DNA of 64,000 nucleotides from Marsupella aquatica (taxonomy: Eukaryota; Plantae; Marchantiophyta), in NCBI GenBank assembly GCA_973895155.1, contig OZ316895.1, forward strand, positions 8,730,184 through 8,794,183. Direction: 5' to 3'. Position numbers and translations under genes: made by a program. This document shows, piece after piece, positions 60,470 through 64,000 of the stretch (positions are counted from its first letter, which is position 1; each line of letters begins with the position of its first letter). The notes under the pieces were generated by a model that was not told where the DNA came from, searched no databases, and saw only the letters and a program-made list of their open reading frames with translations.

Positions 60470-63400
60470 ATGACACATAAATGACTATCTATAATGACAT
60501 AGTGAAGAAAATGACTAGTAATTGCAATAGAGTCATTTAAACCAATTAGCAAAATGACTTTGACTTCTATAATGACAACAGTGATGAGTTATAGTCATTT
60601 TGGACAGTCTTTGTCAATGACACAATTGACAACAACCCTGTCATATCAATGTTTTACATTTGGGAAGTCATTTGGACGACGGTGACTAATGACTAAAAAA
60701 ACAAATATGCAAATATCAGTGTTTAGTAGTCATTTAAACCAAAAGTGATAAATGACATGATAAACAATATATGACTATTTTGAGGTTTAGGGTTTAGTAT
60801 TTGATTTAGGGTTTTAGGGTATGATAAGTCATCCACATGCATGGTAGTATAAAGACCGGGAGCACATACATATTAGATTTTAAATACATTTAGAGACTCA
60901 ACAAACCTTGCTTTTGTTGTGAGTTTCATAATGGATGTACAACTTAAAGGCTCCATCATCTCTAGTAAGTATGTATCTATAGTACTTGCACCCATTCGTT
61001 ACATCTTTCCTATATATGCAAAGGACTCTAGAAGTGTTACCATTCACATTTCACATATTGGAGTACCAGGGTATGCAAGGTTGCCAAATAACACTCTCCG
61101 GCATACGTTTAGGGTTTAGGTACTAGATGCCTATATTTGCTTGTCATTTTTTCCAATTACTCCTATTATTTGCAAAGAATTAAGTCATTTATGCTTTGAC
61201 TCAACTTTCTAGTCATTTGACAAGTGCTGAAAAATGTCATTTATGCAAATGACATGAAAACAGATCATTTGGGATATCAATGTTGTGGTCATATATGTCA
61301 TGCACAATATGACTCCTAAGGGCCTCCAGTGGCTGATTGGCAATAATGGTCATAGGGGCCGGCCATTCAGGATGCTATCCACTCCAAATGGTGCGGGATA
61401 GGGTACGCATCAACTCTGGGCCACTAGTTATCCAATTCGGCCTTGCAATAGTTTTTATGACCCAAGTTTTGCACCTTGAAAAGGCATCATCCAAATTTGG
61501 GCAAAACACTCCCAAGGTGTATGACTTTGAACAAATGTGGCATCGACTTTGAAGTGATTTGCCCAAAGGGGTGCAAACTACTTGCATTTTGTCATTTGCA
61601 AGGGATTTTGGGTCATTTATGCGCGTGACTGAATGTTTTGGTCATTTATGGAGTCTTGTGAGATGTCATTCATGCGTATGACACAAAAAGAAGTCATTGA
61701 TGACGTCAATGTTGCAGCCATGCATGTCGCAGACAATATGACTCGTTGGGGCCTCAGGGGGATGATTGGCCATATTCGTGCTGGTAGCCAGCCATTAGGG
61801 ATGCTAACCACCCCACTTGGTGTGGGATAGGGTACTTGTCAACCCTGGGCCACTAGCTATGCCACTTTTCCTTCACAAACCTTTTTGAGGTATACTTTTT
61901 GCACCATGGAAGGGCATCACCCAACTTTGGGCAAAACACTCCCAAGTTGTATGACTTTGGAGTGATTTTCCAAAAGGGGTCCAATTCACTTGCTTTTTGT
62001 CATTGGCAAGGGATTCCAAGTCATTTATACTTGTGACTGAATGTTTTGGTCATTTTATGAGTGCCGCAACATGTCATTTATGCAAATGACATGGAAACAT
62101 GTCATTTGGGATGTCAATATTGTGGTCACGTATGCCATGCATAATATGACTCCGGAGGGCCTTGAGGGGCTGATTGGCCATATTGGTGGTAGGAGCCTGC
62201 AATTAAAAATGCTACCCACTCCACATGGTGCGGGATAGGGTACTCATCGACCCTGGGCCACTAGTTATGCCATTTTGCCTTCACAACCCTTTTTGACATA
62301 TACTTTTTGCACCATGGAAGGGCATCACCCATTTTTGGGCAAAACACTCCCAAGTTGTATGACTTTGGAGTGATTTTCCAAAAGGGGTCCAATTCACTTG
62401 CTTTTTGTCATTGGGACGGGATTCCAAGTCATTTATACTTGTGACTGAATGTTTTGGTCATTTTATGAGTGCCGCAACATGTCATTTATGCAAATGACAT
62501 GGAAACATGTCATTTGGGATGTCAATATTGTGGTCACGTATGCCATGCATAATATGACTCCGGAGGGCCTTGAGGGGCTGATTGGCCATATTGGTGGTAG
62601 GAGCCTGCAATTAAAAATGCTACCCACTCCACATGGTGCGGGATAGGGTACTCATCGACCCTGGTCCACTAGTTATGCCATTTTGCCTTCACAACACTTT
62701 GTGACATATACTTTTTGCACCATGGAAGGGCATCACCCAACTTTGGGCAAAACACTCCCAAGTTGTATGACTTTGGAGTGATTTTCCCAAAGGGGTCCAA
62801 TTCACTTGCTTTTTGTCATTGGCACTGGATTCCAAGTCATTTATACTTGTGACTGAATGTTTTGGTCATTTTATGAGTGCTGCAACACGTCATTTATGAA
62901 AATGACATGAAAACATGTCATTTGGGATGTCAATATTGTGGTCATGTATGCCATGCATAATATGACTCCGGAGGGCCTTGAGGGGCTGATTGGCCATATT
63001 GGTGGTAGGAGCCCGCAATTAAAAATGCTACCCACTCCACATGGTGCGAGATAGGGTGTTCATCAACCATGGGCCACTAGTTATGCCACTTTGCATCCAC
63101 AAACCTTTTTGAGGTATACGTTTTGCACCATGGAACCTGGGCATCACCCAACTTTGGGCAAAACACTCCCAAGTTGTATGGCTTTGGAGTTATTTGCCCA
63201 AAGTGGTGCAAGTGGCTCTCATATTGTCATTTGCAAGAACTTATGGGTCATTTGTGCGCATGACTGAATATTTGAGTCATAAATCTATGGAGTGCTATGA
63301 GACATCATTTTTGCAAATGACATGATGTGAACGTACAAGTCATTGATGATGGCAATCTAGTAGTCACACAATAAGCCATGGACAATATGACTTGTTAGAG

Positions 63401-63560
63401 CCTGAGCTAGCATTTGATTGGCTATATCTTGGGGATGAACCCCACATTAAGTATGTCACCCACCCCAAATGGTGCGGGATAGGGTAATTGTGAACCCTGG
63501 TTACTAGTTATTCCACTGTGCGATATCCCTTTTCTGGGGTTGAGTCCTCCATTGTGTCAT
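60410..63560. repeat. ATGAC/GTCAT-rich region with a 408-bp tandem repeat (~5-6 units)
   Basis: ATGTTTTGGTCATT recurs at 61633, 62041, 62449 and 62857 (exact 408-bp period); dense ATGAC/GTCAT motifs from 60410 on. Confidence 0.92.
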
Positions 63561-64000
63561 TTGTGCCCAATGGAGTGTTATAAAAGCCAATGATCTGAAC
63601 TCCTGTCATTGACACAATCATATGTTGGGTCATATCTACCAAATGACTCCAATACCCACCCCCGTACCCACCATTACACATGCCATTTTGTGCATCATTG
63701 ACAGAGTATCGTCAGAAAATGACCTGTTCAGGCAGAGGTTTAGAGTTGGGCCTTATAGTGGCATACATACGGCCCTACATACACCCAGGCATACACCACA
63801 CTACCTGACAAGAACAAGGTCACGAGGGTCTGAGACAAACAAAACTTGCTGACTTTTGGCTCCTAGTGGTAGTGCACAGTTACAATTTCTGGAGCCTTTG
63901 GATATGGAGCCCGATATGGACGCTGAGTTCTTTTTATTTTGTACGTTTATTGGTCATTTTCTACTATGCCGTTGTTGGTGTAATTGTTGATGTCATTGGT

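Larger units (their letters stand above)
51082..64000 (+). mobile_element. CACTA (En/Spm) DNA transposon, right end outside the window
   Basis: Terminus CACTAGTAGAAA at 51082 where the MULE ORF breaks off; internal TnpD-type transposase; ATGAC/GTCAT-rich repeats. The second TIR and TSD (expected ACA) are not visible. Confidence 0.78.

Noticed and set aside
61633-62646. Repeated 65-aa ORFs (MFWSF...)
   Set aside because: By-products of the 408-bp tandem repeat.

Overview
Eukaryotic, intron-containing DNA, most likely from a non-seed land plant (inferred from TE lineages and gene content; no taxon can be proven). The region 2.4-14.8 kb holds two tandem, secreted PQQ-type (polyvinyl-alcohol-dehydrogenase-like) beta-propeller genes. 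The rest is a nest of transposons: a 5'-truncated CRE/R2-group LINE, a MULE transposase gene with probable cargo genes, a young Ty3/gypsy element (23599-32054), a 12.7-kb Sola-like DDD DNA transposon (34809-47556) and the left part of a large CACTA element (from 51082). The Sola-like element is the most interesting object. It has 35-bp TIRs and a 4-bp CTTC target duplication. Besides its transposase it carries an F-box gene and a reconstructable spliced ParB-like + beta-class amino-DNA-methyltransferase (+ probably Ulp1 SUMO protease) fusion gene. Arrays of about 45-bp palindromes lie in its introns and non-coding DNA, which suggests a TE-borne, sequence-targeted DNA-modification or anti-silencing system; this copy is decayed. 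The CACTA carries an EDM2-like PHD-finger gene and a tandem-BRCT gene. All family assignments come from motif recognition by eye, not database searches.
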